A stretch of 64,000 nucleotides of DNA from Asterias rubens (Eukaryota). Under the pieces are notes generated by a model, which worked only from the letters and a program-made list of their open reading frames with translations, was not told the origin of the DNA and did no database searches. A program made the position numbers and the translations under genes. The stretch covers positions 13,206,001 to 13,270,000 of the forward strand of contig NC_047064.1 in the NCBI RefSeq assembly GCF_902459465.1, in the 5' to 3' direction. Of this stretch, positions 13,201 to 26,024 are shown one piece after another (within the stretch, counting starts at the first letter, position 1; each line of letters begins with the position of its first letter).

Positions 13201-14074
13201 AGGGCCTTGTTGCCAACACATGCTGGCCTAAATCTTCCATTGTCTTAAAAACCACATAACACATTAATTTGGCAGCTCATATGCCATGATAACCTAAGCT
13301 GGACCATGTCACTTGATCTAGAGGGGTGTCAATCAAACGGAGTCAGCTGTTTTGATTTGGAGTGTGCACCGTTAAGTTTGATCTCCACTGTACAGTATTG
13401 TGAATGCAACCCAAGTTTAAATTGATCAGTAAAAACAGTTTGATGTTCTTAGGCATGACTTTAGTTTGCATGATGTGTTTATTTGTCCTAATATGATAAC
13501 AAGATTATTATTTTTTTGTCAACCACAACTGATAACAACTGCTGCAGCATCTTAGCTTGTCAGATAATCATTGTACGCATGCCATCGCTCACTCTGGTAG
13601 TTGACATAAATTACATACACTGCATGTAATGACGTGCACATGGTGTACAATGTAATGTGTGATGCTTCATTGTTCATAACCATTCTAGACATCAAAATTC
13701 TACTTCACACGCCATGTACAACAAGGCGTGCCGGTCACTCCATCGCACAAAGTCACAATGGGTTGTAATTGAATTTGTAGTGGACAGAGATTGATTAGAG
13801 TCGCAGCATCTCCAGTGTACAATGTTCCCCCTCCCCCGCTCTGCTGCTCTCCTTGAAGCTAGGTACTCTAGTAATAGGACCACAGAGCTATCCATTTTAT
13901 AGCTCCATGATAAGAGCCTGATAGGAGGTACACAATGTGCACATCACTCAAACCCATTGGCATATCTTGGGATGTAAAGTAGGATGAGGATTGAGGTGGA
14001 GTGAGGGTTAGCAAATTTGCTCAGGGAAACCCTTTAATATCATACACTAAACGAACATTGTACGTACACTGTAT

Positions 14075-14245
14075 CAGGCCTGATACTTCATTGCCTCCAA
14101 GCCCCTAGTCATTGCCTTGGTGCCCTTGTAATGCTCCAGTAGAAACTTACAATTTCCTCTTAGGGTGCCCTTTACCAAGGAGAAAATGCCTTGGTGCCCT
14201 TGCCCTATGAAAAACCATGGAGAAAGAAGCGAGCATGCAGGCCTG
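14075..14245 (-). mobile_element. CAGGCCTG-ended MITE, complete, with 6-bp direct repeat
   Basis: ctgtat|caggcctg ... caggcctg|ctgtat. Confidence 0.85.
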
Positions 14246-15799
14246 CTGTATGTAATGTACATTACACTGTACCTACAATGTACACTGTACGTACCAACAT
14301 TTGTAAGCCACAGCATCCTACTACATTGTACATGTTTGCAGCCTGAAGACACAGTGAATGATACAGTCTTCTAATCTAGCAAATGCATGCATACAAATTC
14401 AAATATTGTATTTTGTTCACTAACGCACTGTTTTTCTTGACTCAAATTTTTATGTTTGATTTTTTACACTTCACCGATATGTGTTTAAAAGCATTGTATA
14501 CTCGGTACTTCCCATCGACAATCAAAAATACACCTGCACCATCATAATGTCACGTACGTATGTAGCTTGTTTTCCTTTTCATAAATAATTCAAAACAGCT
14601 TATTGCATATTCATGATAATGTATGATCCCCCACCCTATTATTAGCCGGCTATGTCATCTCTATTCGCAGCGGCAAACCATCATGGTTTATTTATGAGAT
14701 GTATCCCATAGTGCTTTGAGATTCTCCTCATTGCCACAGGCTGGAGCGTTTCATGCCTGACTAAACAGACAGTCCAATATTAGAATCCCTTGATGAGGAT
14801 GGGTCGTTCCATTTCGCGGGGAGGGGTTCCGTTGAAGCTGTCGAGCTGTCAGAATTGTCATTTGAAAGGTGTGGACTGTGTCGTGAGATTTATTCGTTAT
14901 AGGTGAATAGTAACTGCGCGTCTTGAAGATGGTACAATATGCTCATTGCGTATTGAACAATTGCGTGAACTACGTGCATACATTGTCTTAGGTAACAGCC
15001 TGTATTTGCACCTGTAATTTACAGTTGCAAATACTTGAGGCATTTATAATTGTTAGAGTGCAGTCAATTTCTACTTGACTTAATGAAATAATTTCACATA
15101 ATGCTGCTTACCACATCACTAGAAATAAATAAAAATACATCTAATTTTGGGGTCAGGAAAGTATGATCCTACAAAATATACATTTAAAAGGTGTAGAAAG
15201 TTGAATGACAGACTGTTTATGAGTTGCCATCATAAAGTTGTCATTTTGAAATTGCAATCTTCACTGTTTAGTCTGTGTGCTCCTGGGCCCGGTCTTATTT
15301 CAAAAGAGCTGCTTTAAATTGTGCGGAGTAGAAAAAGGTTACCAGCAAACAACCTTATTACACAATTTGTAACTGACAATCTGCTCGTTTTTGCTTGAAA
15401 CCGTTACACATGTACAAATGTACACATGTATGCAATTCTTTCAGCTCAAAGATTTCCGGGAAATTTGGCCCGTGTCCAGATTGTAACCCTTCTGCCATTT
15501 ATTATGTATCTTAAATTTTCTTGTCTGCTTTACAGGATTTGAAAGGATCTGTATACTTTTGGTAACCACTCCTGAAATTAATGGCAGTATATTCTTACTT
15601 GGTCAGAAGTACATGAACAGGCAGCTTTTGATAGTGTATTAAACCCTTTGAGAAACATTTAACCTCAAAATAATGTGGTTATACAGAAAAAATAGGCTTT
15701 TATTCCCCAAACTTGAACCTGAGAAACAGATTATGTAATTCTATTGCAGTCCTGCATGGACAAAGCCACTGCCGATTTTCTGCGATATCTCAATAATGC

Positions 15800-16165
15800 G
15801 ACACTATTGGTAATTACTCAAAATAATTATCAGCATAAAACCTCACTTGGTTTTATAGGGAGAGGTTGATAGTATAAAACATTGTGAGAAACGCCTCCCT
15901 CTGAAGTGACGTAGTTTTCGAGAAAGAAGTAATTTTCCACGAATTTGATTTCAAGACCTCAAGTTTAGAATGTGAGGTCTCGATATCAAGCATTTGAAAG
16001 CATACAACTTTGTGTGACATGGGTGTTTTTTCTTTGATAGTTGTCTCCCAACTCCGGCGACCAATCAAGCTCAAATTTTCACAGGTTTGTTATTTTATGC
16101 ATATATGTTGAGTACACCAAGTGAGAAGACTGGTCTTTAGCAATTACCAATAGTGTCCAGTGTCT
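15800..16165 (-). mobile_element. Kolobok-like TTAA MITE (family A)
   Basis: gacactattggtaatt ... aattaccaatagtgtccagtgtct|TTAA; central gagacctca/tgaggtctc hairpin. Confidence 0.85.
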
Positions 16166-16396
16166 TTAATTGAATAGAAGTGCAACAGCATTTGATAGTG
16201 TACAATATAAAGCATTTTGAGAATAACTCCATTGTGAAGTTTTGTTGTTATGGATAAATATCAGTTTAAAGTCCCCTATTCTTCCTGCGAGGACATACCC
16301 GCTCCGTATTTTCTGCTATATCTCCAAAAACGCTTCCACCTTTTGAAATGAAATTTTCACCGGTTAGTTTTGTTGTCTAAATTTTTAAAACAATCG

Positions 16397-16488
16397 AACA
16401 GTTCCAAACACCAATGCTTTTAAACAGCACAGTTCTTGAGATAACAGTTCCAAACACCAATGCTTTTAAACAGCACAGTTCTTGAGAT
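16397..16488. repeat. Perfect 46-bp tandem duplication
   Basis: aacagttccaaacaccaatgcttttaaacagcacagttcttgagat occurs twice. Confidence 0.95.
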
Positions 16489-18152
16489 GCAGTGTTAACA
16501 AGTCCAATGTCTTTCTTACACACATCTCAAAATGTACCCTGTAGACAGCATTGCATTGTAATAAATAAAACACCCTTGCATATTGAGCTACATGTACTGA
16601 CTGCAATGGCAATGTTCACACTCAGCAACGCTTCGGCAGTCAGTCAGTCACCTACCATTGAGAATGGATGCGGCCACACATAGCATTAAGTCAGAATTAA
16701 TCACCGCGGTACCATAAATGACATCATAGTGCGAGGGGGGAGAGCGTGAGAGAGAGAGAGAGAGAGAGCCGGTGAAGAGAATTGTGAATGAGTGTGTATA
16801 GTAGAATTATTATCCACTACTCTTCACCCTCCTGAAGGTGTGGCGTCAAGAACTTAACACCCGTGAGAAAAGACACAGAGTTTTGCGGTGTGAACGCTCC
16901 CCGAAAATCAGACTTGAGCCAGGAATCCATTGATAAACACCTTATATGTTTTGTCATCCTCTCAAGCATTGGATAAATATGGAAATTATGTCTTGTCGTT
17001 GGACTTTGTGTGACAGCTTCGCTAATGGCAACCATATTGTTTGATAGAAACGGCAAACACAGGTAAAACGCTTTCATGAGCATTTTGTGAGTACATGTTG
17101 TTTTACTGGACAGATTTTCCTCAAGACCCTTGAATGTCATGTCTTGGTTGTTGTATTCTTTTTGTAGGAACATTACAGAATTGATGAGAAAAAAAACTTG
17201 TTTAGGAGATCACAGATTTACATAAAACTTACACGGTATAATGATGATGATGATAAATGTACATGTTGAAAACATCCCTTGAAATATTTCTTTCTGAATT
17301 GTCATATTTGATGAGAAATAAATAAAACTAATTTCCTGTTAGGAGTTTATTGCTCAGTGAGCGTTTTATTAATTTTTATTTTGAATCGATGTCATGCAAA
17401 ATGCGTAATCCTTTTTTTACTCTCTCTAGACCAAGATGGCCGTTCGATCTCAAACTTCTACAGGTTTGTCAGTTCATGTACATGTACAATGTGTATGGTG
17501 GATTATATCTGCTTACACTGCCAGCAACTATTTTGTTAGCAAAACCCATTTTGTAATGTTCCTTAAAACAAATTGTCAGGAGAAAAAAGAAGGAAAAAAA
17601 AACATTATTATGTCTAACTTGATGCTGTCTGGATCAAGTCGAGTTGCCAGCCATGTTGGAATGTGACTTGACAGAACATTCAGGTCCTCCTACATTGTAT
17701 GTCAGTGTACAACAGACATACATTCATGTACATACTGTCTGCATATCATCAGTATCTTAATCAGAATGACTCACGTTCACATTAATTGCCATCATAAAGG
17801 CACATTGGAGTGGATCAAGGTTTTAGTCTAGTTGTGTGCACAGTGTTCAGTTTGCTCTGATAGCAGAGTCTTCACAGATATCTATTAACTTTCACTTCTC
17901 TTTTGTTTTCATCTCAAAGCGCATAGAGACTGTGCGACTCTGTGATTGTGATATGCGCTCTACAAAAATTGTTCATTATTATTAGTTAGAAGGGTGTGTT
18001 CACATTTCAGTACATTATGGAAAATGTACTTGGGACATTTCTTCAGTGCGCTTGCCTTGTTATTGGACACACAGTGCACACAAGATGTACTTGGTGGGAT
18101 TTATTGACATCGTCACTTTGTGACCATGAGGTCAAATTGCAGGACAATTTTC

Positions 18153-18293
18153 AAGATATAGAAGAGTTTGCGGTAACACCATGTAATGACTATCTCTAAA
18201 TGAGTTGGGGTGGTTCTGAAAACCACCCCACCCCACCCCAACTCATTTAGAGATAGTCATTACATGGTGTTACCGCAAACTCTTCTATATCTT
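18153..18293. repeat. Perfect 61-bp inverted repeat with 19-nt spacer
   Basis: 18153-18213 is the exact reverse complement of 18233-18293. Confidence 0.95.
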
Positions 18294-19814
18294 ATTTCCA
18301 CCATACAAAGTTTCAAATCCTATTTAATTTTCAAGATAAAAACATCAAAATCTAAGCTTAGACAAGAATTGAAGCAAAATTTAAAAATTGGAAAATAACC
18401 AAAATAAGAGGAAATAAAATACACACAATGCACAGATTTGTAAATTTCAAATCTGCTAAAAGTATATTCAATTAAACTTTAAAAACAGCTTTGTATAGAC
18501 CTTTACTATGCTGCCTCCACCTTGGTCATAATCCTTGTATCGAGAACAATAATGAATGCAAACAATTATTTTGCACTTAGGAACCTGACTAGTTTGTTTT
18601 TCCGGCCTCGGTTTGGTAACATTGATATCAATGGGAGAGATTCAAGATGGCTGCACCATGATAAAGGTCTATTGTACAATTCTCAAAAGGCAAGCCTTAC
18701 AGCAAACCTACATTTCTGTTCAATACCTACAATGTATACAGTCAGCTCTCTTTATAACAATATCGATGGGACTGGCCAAATTACCTCTGTATAGCAGGAT
18801 GGTACAACCCTCTATGCATACAAGAGGACAGCAAAACAAAGAAACTAAAAGCAGAATTGGGATTCATGACTTCAGAATGGAGACTCTTTATAACAGTGCT
18901 CTTTTTAACGAGGGTTGACTGTATGTATCAGGGGAAATACCTGCCAAATACCCCCCCCCCCCCCGCCAAAGATGTACAGTATAGATATCTGTTACCCTTT
19001 ACAAAATTGTGCATACTTAATTAATACCATAGTTACAATAGAGCTGGAGAGCCTCCTGCGGAAACTGTAACATATTTTTCATTGATGTATGGAATTTATA
19101 GGAACCCATCTTTATTTAAATCATCTTTTTCTACACAAAGTATTAAAATACTGATTGGATTATGTGAGATAACAAGTCTGCAATTATAAACCAAGCCAGC
19201 CCTAGAAGTATTGATTTCTAAACACAACAAATCCTTTAAAAAAAATCCTAAGCAGTGCCGCCGGCTGGGCGTAATCCATCCATACGGTTTACTCATGCAT
19301 TCCATTTCATACCTCACACTAAAAAAAAAGTATTATTTTGTTTTCTTATTCCATAAGTCCCCCCGAATTGGAACTGTCTTGGAATGCGTAAGGAAAGCCC
19401 ATCCATTACACCTTGTCCAGAAGCGATAAAGAAAAAGAAGACACAGGAAAAAACGAAAAACTATACATGTATCTGGCCAAGGGGCTTCATGAATAAGACG
19501 TATTGATTTGAGACTAATTTCTTTTGTCAGTGGAAATAATCCCGCTAGCTGGATGGATATTGGGGTATCAAATTTATTGAGCTATGGTTTGCTGGAGGTG
19601 TAGAGTAAGTTGGAAGATTGTCCGTGATGACACAATGACCACAGATCGATCGGGATCCATGGGGCATGGTGGACACGGGGAAGGATATTCAGTAAGATTC
19701 TGGTAACTTTGTAGAGAAAGCCTGAATCTCATGAGTTTTTCAGAGCCATTATTATTCATTTGTTTATTTATCATCTTGAAAGAGAGTTTCTCTAATGAGG
19801 TATTCACAAACCAT

Positions 19815-19854
19815 TCTCCTGAAGACGAGCAGAGTATTGTTTGAAACGTCAAGA
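19815..19854 (+). ncRNA. Minimal type I hammerhead ribozyme motif (Penelope/retrozyme type), mildly decayed
   Basis: UCUC-CUGAAGA-C-GAGCAG(AGUA)UUGUUU-GAAAC-GUC-AAGA: both core boxes, stem II, palindromic ACGU stem III, GUC cleavage triplet, and stem I with one mismatch. Confidence 0.7.
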
Positions 19855-20315
19855 CCAAACCGGCTCTTCTGATAGCCAACACTCTCACAAAAAGGAATTT
19901 ACACATGGTTGTACCCGCAAGTTTACTATTTATTTTTATTTCTTTCCTAAACCTCTCGTAGTTTAAAATCCTACTTATTTATTTCTTATTTTTATAATAA
20001 TAATGATATTTATACCGTCCCGCATTTTCCCTTCTTAAAATGATAAAAAGCGGCCACCGATATAAATGGTTAAGATGAACTAGCACAATGACACACATGC
20101 AGACGAAAACCCAATAATAAAACATTTGGGGCCTTTAATAACCCTTGGGAGACCTCTCTGCGCTGTTTTTTAGAGGTATATAAAAACAATGACTAAGAAA
20201 CAGTTAACAAGATACAAAAACATAATAACAGCCAAATTAAAGGACAAAAACTATCAGCTGCTCCTGCCCTGTGGAATATTCCCTTCAAGAGGGATCTAAA
20301 TTCACACTTGTTTAC

Positions 20316-20505
20316 TATCGACCAAATTCACGTGATGTCATCATCAGAATAATCTTGGATGCACCATTTTGGTGGTCAATGTCACTGTGTTATTCAGTAA
20401 AGTGTGCATTTTAGGCAACCCGGTGTTAACATGTTAACCTATTGACCACCAAAATGGTGAGCGTGGCACAGTCGCTGCGTGTGTCGTGCGTGCAAGGGGT
20501 CAGAA
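20316..20505. mobile_element. Foldback MITE
   Basis: Perfect 19-bp inverted repeat caccattttggtggtcaat (20362-20380) / attgaccaccaaaatggtg (20441-20459); outer ends approximate. Confidence 0.6.
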
Positions 20506-21379
20506 TATTTAATTTCACTACTAAGTATGTAATATCCATGATTTTCATTTCATACATGTATATACACGTAGTTTGTTCTGTATGTCGGCACTTTGATCTA
20601 CTTTCTGAGGGAGTGCGCATTCTAATTCCATATTATTATTAAGTGGGCCTCATAGATCTACACTGTAGGTTTTTTTTCATACTGACATGACTGAAATTAC
20701 AATTTCCAATAGCCAGCCATGGTCCATTGGTCCTTTTATAATGTTTCAGCTATTAACGGAGCGAGGGCCAACTTTGTCGATTTATGGTTTTCAGCGATGC
20801 TGTGCATTATGCAGTCATTCAGTTTCATTCATGCTTAACAGTCCATCCAACTTTCAATACGTTAGTTCATTTTTTTATGCTTCCCTTTAGGAAAAACCGG
20901 TAAATCAAGTCACTGGTCCGATGCAATTTATTGTTCATCCTCATCATAAACATGCCTTTTTTTTACTAACAGATCGACTTTCCATTGTTGTCCCCTTCCT
21001 GTATGGACAGACTTTTTATTGTCAAATTGTCCCCCAATTTTGTTCTTGTGTAGTGTAAGCCCCTCATTTATACAAATTTGTCGAGTGCTCTCACAGTCAC
21101 ACACATGTTTTTAGTTTGTTGGCAAAGATCTCTGCCATGGCTTGACTGTACAGTGTTTTTGGACTCGAGCAAGCTTCTGCGCCACTGTTGGTTAGTACTA
21201 TTATCATGGTTTGTTCTGATTAAGAAGTTTTGCTGTGTACAAGCAAGCTTTTAGCGTTATTTGTACAGTATTGATTTGGAAAGAATCATCATGGCTAATT
21301 TATCTTGTTGTGCTTATTGATTTATTTTATCAAGTAATAAGCCACAAGGGAAAATGACTGGGTAAGTTTGAGATACATG

Positions 21380-21485
21380 CAGTTTGGGTTTGAACAAAGA
21401 AAAATAGCATGGGGCATGACTTGAGCCAATGACCTCTAGACTAACGTACCAGCGCTCTACCAATTCAGCTGTCCAGCCCTAAGTT
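21380..21485 (-). mobile_element. tRNA-derived SINE head fragment
   Basis: Reverse complement agggctggacagctgaattggtagagcgctggtacgttagtctagaggtcattggctcaagtc resembles a tRNA with A and B boxes. Confidence 0.55.
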
Positions 21486-22735
21486 ACATGTAGGGCACCA
21501 ACATTTAGGACTGGATAGGATGCCGGTACATCTGCTGCAGTAAATTTGTTTTTGTTCTAACCAAAACTATTGATTTCTTAAACAAAAAGAAAGTTCATTT
21601 CAAAGATGGTTGAGCTTTTGAGATAATGACGAAATTCAGGCAGAAAGAATATAATCGCTAATAGCAAAAACCAATCTGAGAGACTCTATTTTTAGGGCAT
21701 AAAAATTGATATCTTGTACTAACCACATTACTAAAAAGTGAAATGTTTCTCAAAATGCTTTATACATTGTACTATCGAAAGCTGCTGTCAAACTCTAACC
21801 AAAAGAGTGAAATACATGTTCCTAACATCTCATTCTTTTTAAGAACGTAAAAAAAAAATTCTTTGGCACTTAATGTACAATGTCCCCGGCTGTTAGTCAT
21901 AATTAAAACTGTCACTCCAAAAAAAAAGAAATTCTCAGTGGGATTTTTTTAAAATTCCTTTTGACATTTCACTGCAGTTATTCACCTCCTGTTGGCCTCC
22001 ATAAAATGCTTTATGCAAAAAGAAATTTGCCAAATTCTATATATATATATATATGGATTTTCTTTTTATATCGGATTGGGATCACTGGTTTTGAAACCGA
22101 AAGGCAATTGTTGTAACGCAGGCTCCATTACTGTGATAATACAAGTTAGTGATTGAATAGAATGTGAATAGGAAACTGGTATAGGGGATTATAGAGTTCC
22201 TGACTGGAACTGCTAGCTGAGGGTAATGCAGGTCGCGAAATAACCATAGAGCAAGGACCATAACCCACGGCACATTGCTGTGGTGCTTTGTGCTTTTGCT
22301 GTGCTGGTACCCTGTGCAACTCTTAACGTCTAGAGCCTCAGCGTGAGTTCCTTGCAATATTGGTGATTTATAACTAAAGAGTTATCCATCATTTGAAAGT
22401 GAATATTGGATGAAAGTTAGATAGGATATTGATTGTTACTAGTTTTAAATTTTGGTTACATGTATATCCTCATACATAACTTGACTTTTATGATTCCAAA
22501 GTTGTTTTCATTCAAGTATTGTTTTATCTTTGTGACATTTCAACGGATTTTATGTGCGCACAGAACAGCCTATTGCAAGGTTCCAATACAATACAAATTT
22601 ACATTTTCTTAATAGATTTTAGTGCCCCGTACCATAGGAAAATTGCTGTGCCCTTTCAAGAAGGAAGTTCAAGGCCTGAATATACTCAGCTGTAATACCA
22701 TTCAGTGGGGTTAAATGTTGGCAAAATATCCTTAA

Positions 22736-23111
22736 AGACGCTGAACACTATTGGTAATTGTTAAAGACTAGTCTGGTGTATCTTTTGTATGCATAAAATA
22801 ACAAACCTTTGAAAACTTGAGCTCAATTGGTCGTCGATATTGCGAGATAATAATGAAAGAAAAAACTCCCTTGTCGCACCTTGGTCACACGAATGTGTGT
22901 GCTTTCAGATGCTTTATTTCGAGACCTCAAATTCTATAGGATCTGAGGTCTCGAAATCAAGTTCGTGGAAAATTCCTTATTTCCTTGAACTACATCACTT
23001 CAGAGGGAGCCGTTTCACAACGTTGTATATCTAAATCTTCCCATTACTCGTTACCAAGTAAGGTTTATGATAATAATTATTTTGAGTAATTAACAATAGT
23101 GTCCACTGCCT
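22736..23111 (+). mobile_element. Kolobok-like TTAA MITE (family A)
   Basis: TTAA|agacgctgaacactattggtaatt ... gtgtccactgcct|TTAA. Confidence 0.9.
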
Positions 23112-23699
23112 TTAATACTTCAGTGCTTGTAGCCCAAACATTTTAATGGACGAACATTTTAAAGACTGGGATCAAATTCAAAATGAGATGAACGCTACAT
23201 ATGTGTATCTACACAATTTCACATTTGAGCTGTTTTTGGAACAACCACTTAGAGAATATTGTGTTTGAGTTAATACTCAACATGAAAAAATACAAAATGC
23301 TTCCATAAAGTAGGTCAGCCCTTGAACTCAATATAAATGCTTCTACTTTTTTTCCAAAAGATCAAATAATAAGAGTGGCCATTTATAATTTGCCATCCTT
23401 GGTCTAAAAGACACTTCTCACACAGGAGTAGCCACGTGTAGTGATGGGAATTCTCTCACAGGCTTTGGAGACAAGGAGGCAGATTCTCATCAAAAATTTC
23501 ACACTGTAACTAATAAACGGGCTGCACACATATACAAGAGTGTTTGGACACACTGTGCCCATCAAATTTTAGGACCAGCTTCTTAAAAGGACGTTCATTT
23601 TTTGGCAGGGCTCAGATTTCTTGGGGTAACTGCACAAGACCATAGAGCTTGTTGCTCAAAATGTTTATTGATGATGAAACTGTTCTAGAAGACCAGGGG

Positions 23700-23925
23700 T
23701 GGCCAATTCATTGTGAGCAACTTTGATAGATGGATTGCAATATGCATCATCTGCCGCCATATTTGATGAATTGTGCGCGCGTGAAGAGCTACCATTGGCT
23801 GAGAGTCACGCGCAGCGCGTACATGCGTGCAATTTTCCATTGTTTTACATCAATGACGCGTATTGCAACACATCTACTGATTTGCAGTTAAAAGATCAAT
23901 AGTTGTTCTATATGAAATCGGCCGA
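23700..23925. mobile_element. Harbinger-like MITE with CpG-rich core
   Basis: tggccaattcat ... atgaaatcggccg ends; inner inverted repeat gattgcaata/tattgcaac. Confidence 0.5.
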
Positions 23926-24342
23926 GTCCAGTTAAGCATGTATACTGTTTTTATTTGAGCAAGCACTAATGACATACAGTATATATGAAAAGATAATCTC
24001 ATTAATTTGTCTTTATGTGTAACATACTTCATTTCTCAATAGAATTGAAAGAGAAAAACTTTCTTGAGCCTTCGTGAAAGACTCTGCTGGGGGTCAAAAT
24101 TATTCTCACTGTCAGTTTGATCAAACTTTTCTTGAACTTATCAGCATTTGAAAATAGAACATCAAGGGCTAGAATCTGCTTATTATGGAGGGGTTGCTTT
24201 CTTTCAGGATGTTACTAAATCTTACTCTCTAAACCAGACCCTCTAGGCAGACACCGGCTGCCTGGTACATTACCTCACACCCCTAGAAATCAAGGCTCAA
24301 CCAGGGTTAGACTGGTCCCCTGTCTTCAACTGCAAGGGTTAA

Positions 24343-24716
24343 AGGCAGTGGACACTATTGGTAACTGTCAAATACTAGCCTCCACAGTTGGTGTATCTCA
24401 AAATGTATGCATAAAATAACAAACCTGCAAAAATTTGAGCTCAATCGGTCAAATAACTTGCGAGATAACAATGAAAGAAAAAAGCACCCTTGTCACACGA
24501 AGTTGTGTGCTTTTAGATGCTTGATTTTGAGACCTCAAGTTCTAAATCTGAGAATCAAATTCGTGGAAAAATACTTCTTTCTCAAAAACTTTGGCACTTC
24601 AGAGGGAGCCGTTTCTCACAATGTTTTATACCATCAACCTCTCCCCGTTACTCGTTACCAATGAAGGTTTTATGCTAATAATTATTTTGAGTAATTACCA
24701 ATAGTGTCCACTGCCT
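24343..24716 (+). mobile_element. Kolobok-like TTAA MITE (family A), near-intact
   Basis: TTAA|AGGCAGTGGACACTATTGGTAA ... TTACCAATAGTGTCCACTGCCT|TTAA, a perfect 22-bp TIR; RR/YY termini with a TTAA TSD are the Kolobok signature. Confidence 0.92.
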
Positions 24717-25532
24717 TTAAGATAGGTACTGGTCTTGCATGCCAAATGATATCATTGGATAGCTTGCCATATTGCATCAACAAACTTGTATTTTCTCATG
24801 TGCGTTGACACCCCTCGCACCCCTAGAAATCATGGCTCACCTATGATAACAATGGCCCTTTGTCTTAAGACAGACACTCGGTCTCACTTCAGTGGATAAA
24901 CATGGATTTCAATGGTCAAATTACTTGCATTTTCACATGCGTGTACAATCGTCCTACACTGAACAAGCGCCAAGCAAGCGCTCATATAAGCTTGCACGTA
25001 AAGTAGTCGCTTTCAGCGCTGTATAGAAGTACATGTACATCCCTACCAGGGGTTTGTGATGAGAGGTATTGATAGGCGACTGCCATTGGTAGCAAATTCC
25101 TCCCAATTCCCAATATTATGGTTGTACATGTACGTACTACAAGCGGTATGTAGATTCATGTACAGCTTGAGCGGATAAGAGCACCGGACTCAAGCTCTGG
25201 TGTTTCTGATCAGCAGAGTCATAGGTTTCCCTATTTTGTCAATATCTTTGTTCGGGGGATGCCATTCATGAGCCATTCAACCTGTAATTGCCGTGTAGCA
25301 GTGGGTCACACCCAAGTTTACGACCCAACCTGGAAAGCGGCTTCTTTTGAAGTGGTTTTGTTAAAGACACTTTTAATGAGTACCGCTCAAAATCAAAATG
25401 AAGCATTGCTACTAAGGGTTATTTACAGTTCAAACATTGTACATTGTCGTCGTGTTTGTGATATGTGTATGTGTAGGAATGTACATTAACTGTAATAGCA
25501 TGAATAGAGACTTAAGATTAGCCGTGGCGTAA

Positions 25533-25874
25533 AGGCACTGGACACCTTTGGTATTTTTCAAAGAACAGTATTCTCATTTGGTGTATCCCAATGCATAAAA
25601 TAACAAATCTGTGAAAATTTGGACTCAAGTTTTTTCAAACAAATGAAAGGAAAACACCCTTGTTTCATAAATGTGTGTGCTTTCATGGCTTCAGGCCTGA
25701 AGTTGTTTAATATTCGAGTGAAAAATTGCCTCTTCCTTAAAAACTACATGTACATTTAGTAACATTCAGTTTCTCCCAATGTTTTAAACTATCAACAGCT
25801 CTCCATTGCTTGTTGTCAAGTAAGTTTTTATGCTAACAATTATTTTGAGTAATTACCATTAGTGTCCAGTGCCT
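25533..25874 (+). mobile_element. Kolobok-like TTAA MITE (family A)
   Basis: aggcactggacacc ... gtgtccagtgcct|TTAA. Confidence 0.85.
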
Positions 25875-25968
25875 TTAATGTTGGTTTACAACATGTGTAT
25901 ACATGATTTTCTTTGTTTGGTGAATTGAACCGTGAAATAGTGTGCATATGGACCATTGTACACAAGTG

Positions 25969-26024
25969 CATTGTACGATGTAATCATAATGTTAATCATT
26001 GTACGATGTAATCATAATGTTAAT
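25969..26024. repeat. 28-bp perfect tandem duplication
   Basis: cattgtacgatgtaatcataatgttaat occurs twice. Confidence 0.95.

Noticed and set aside
22250-22349. Signal-peptide-like stretch (TLLWCFVLLLCWYPVQLL) ending at a GTGAGT donor
   Set aside because: No in-frame ATG after the upstream stop and no downstream exons identified.
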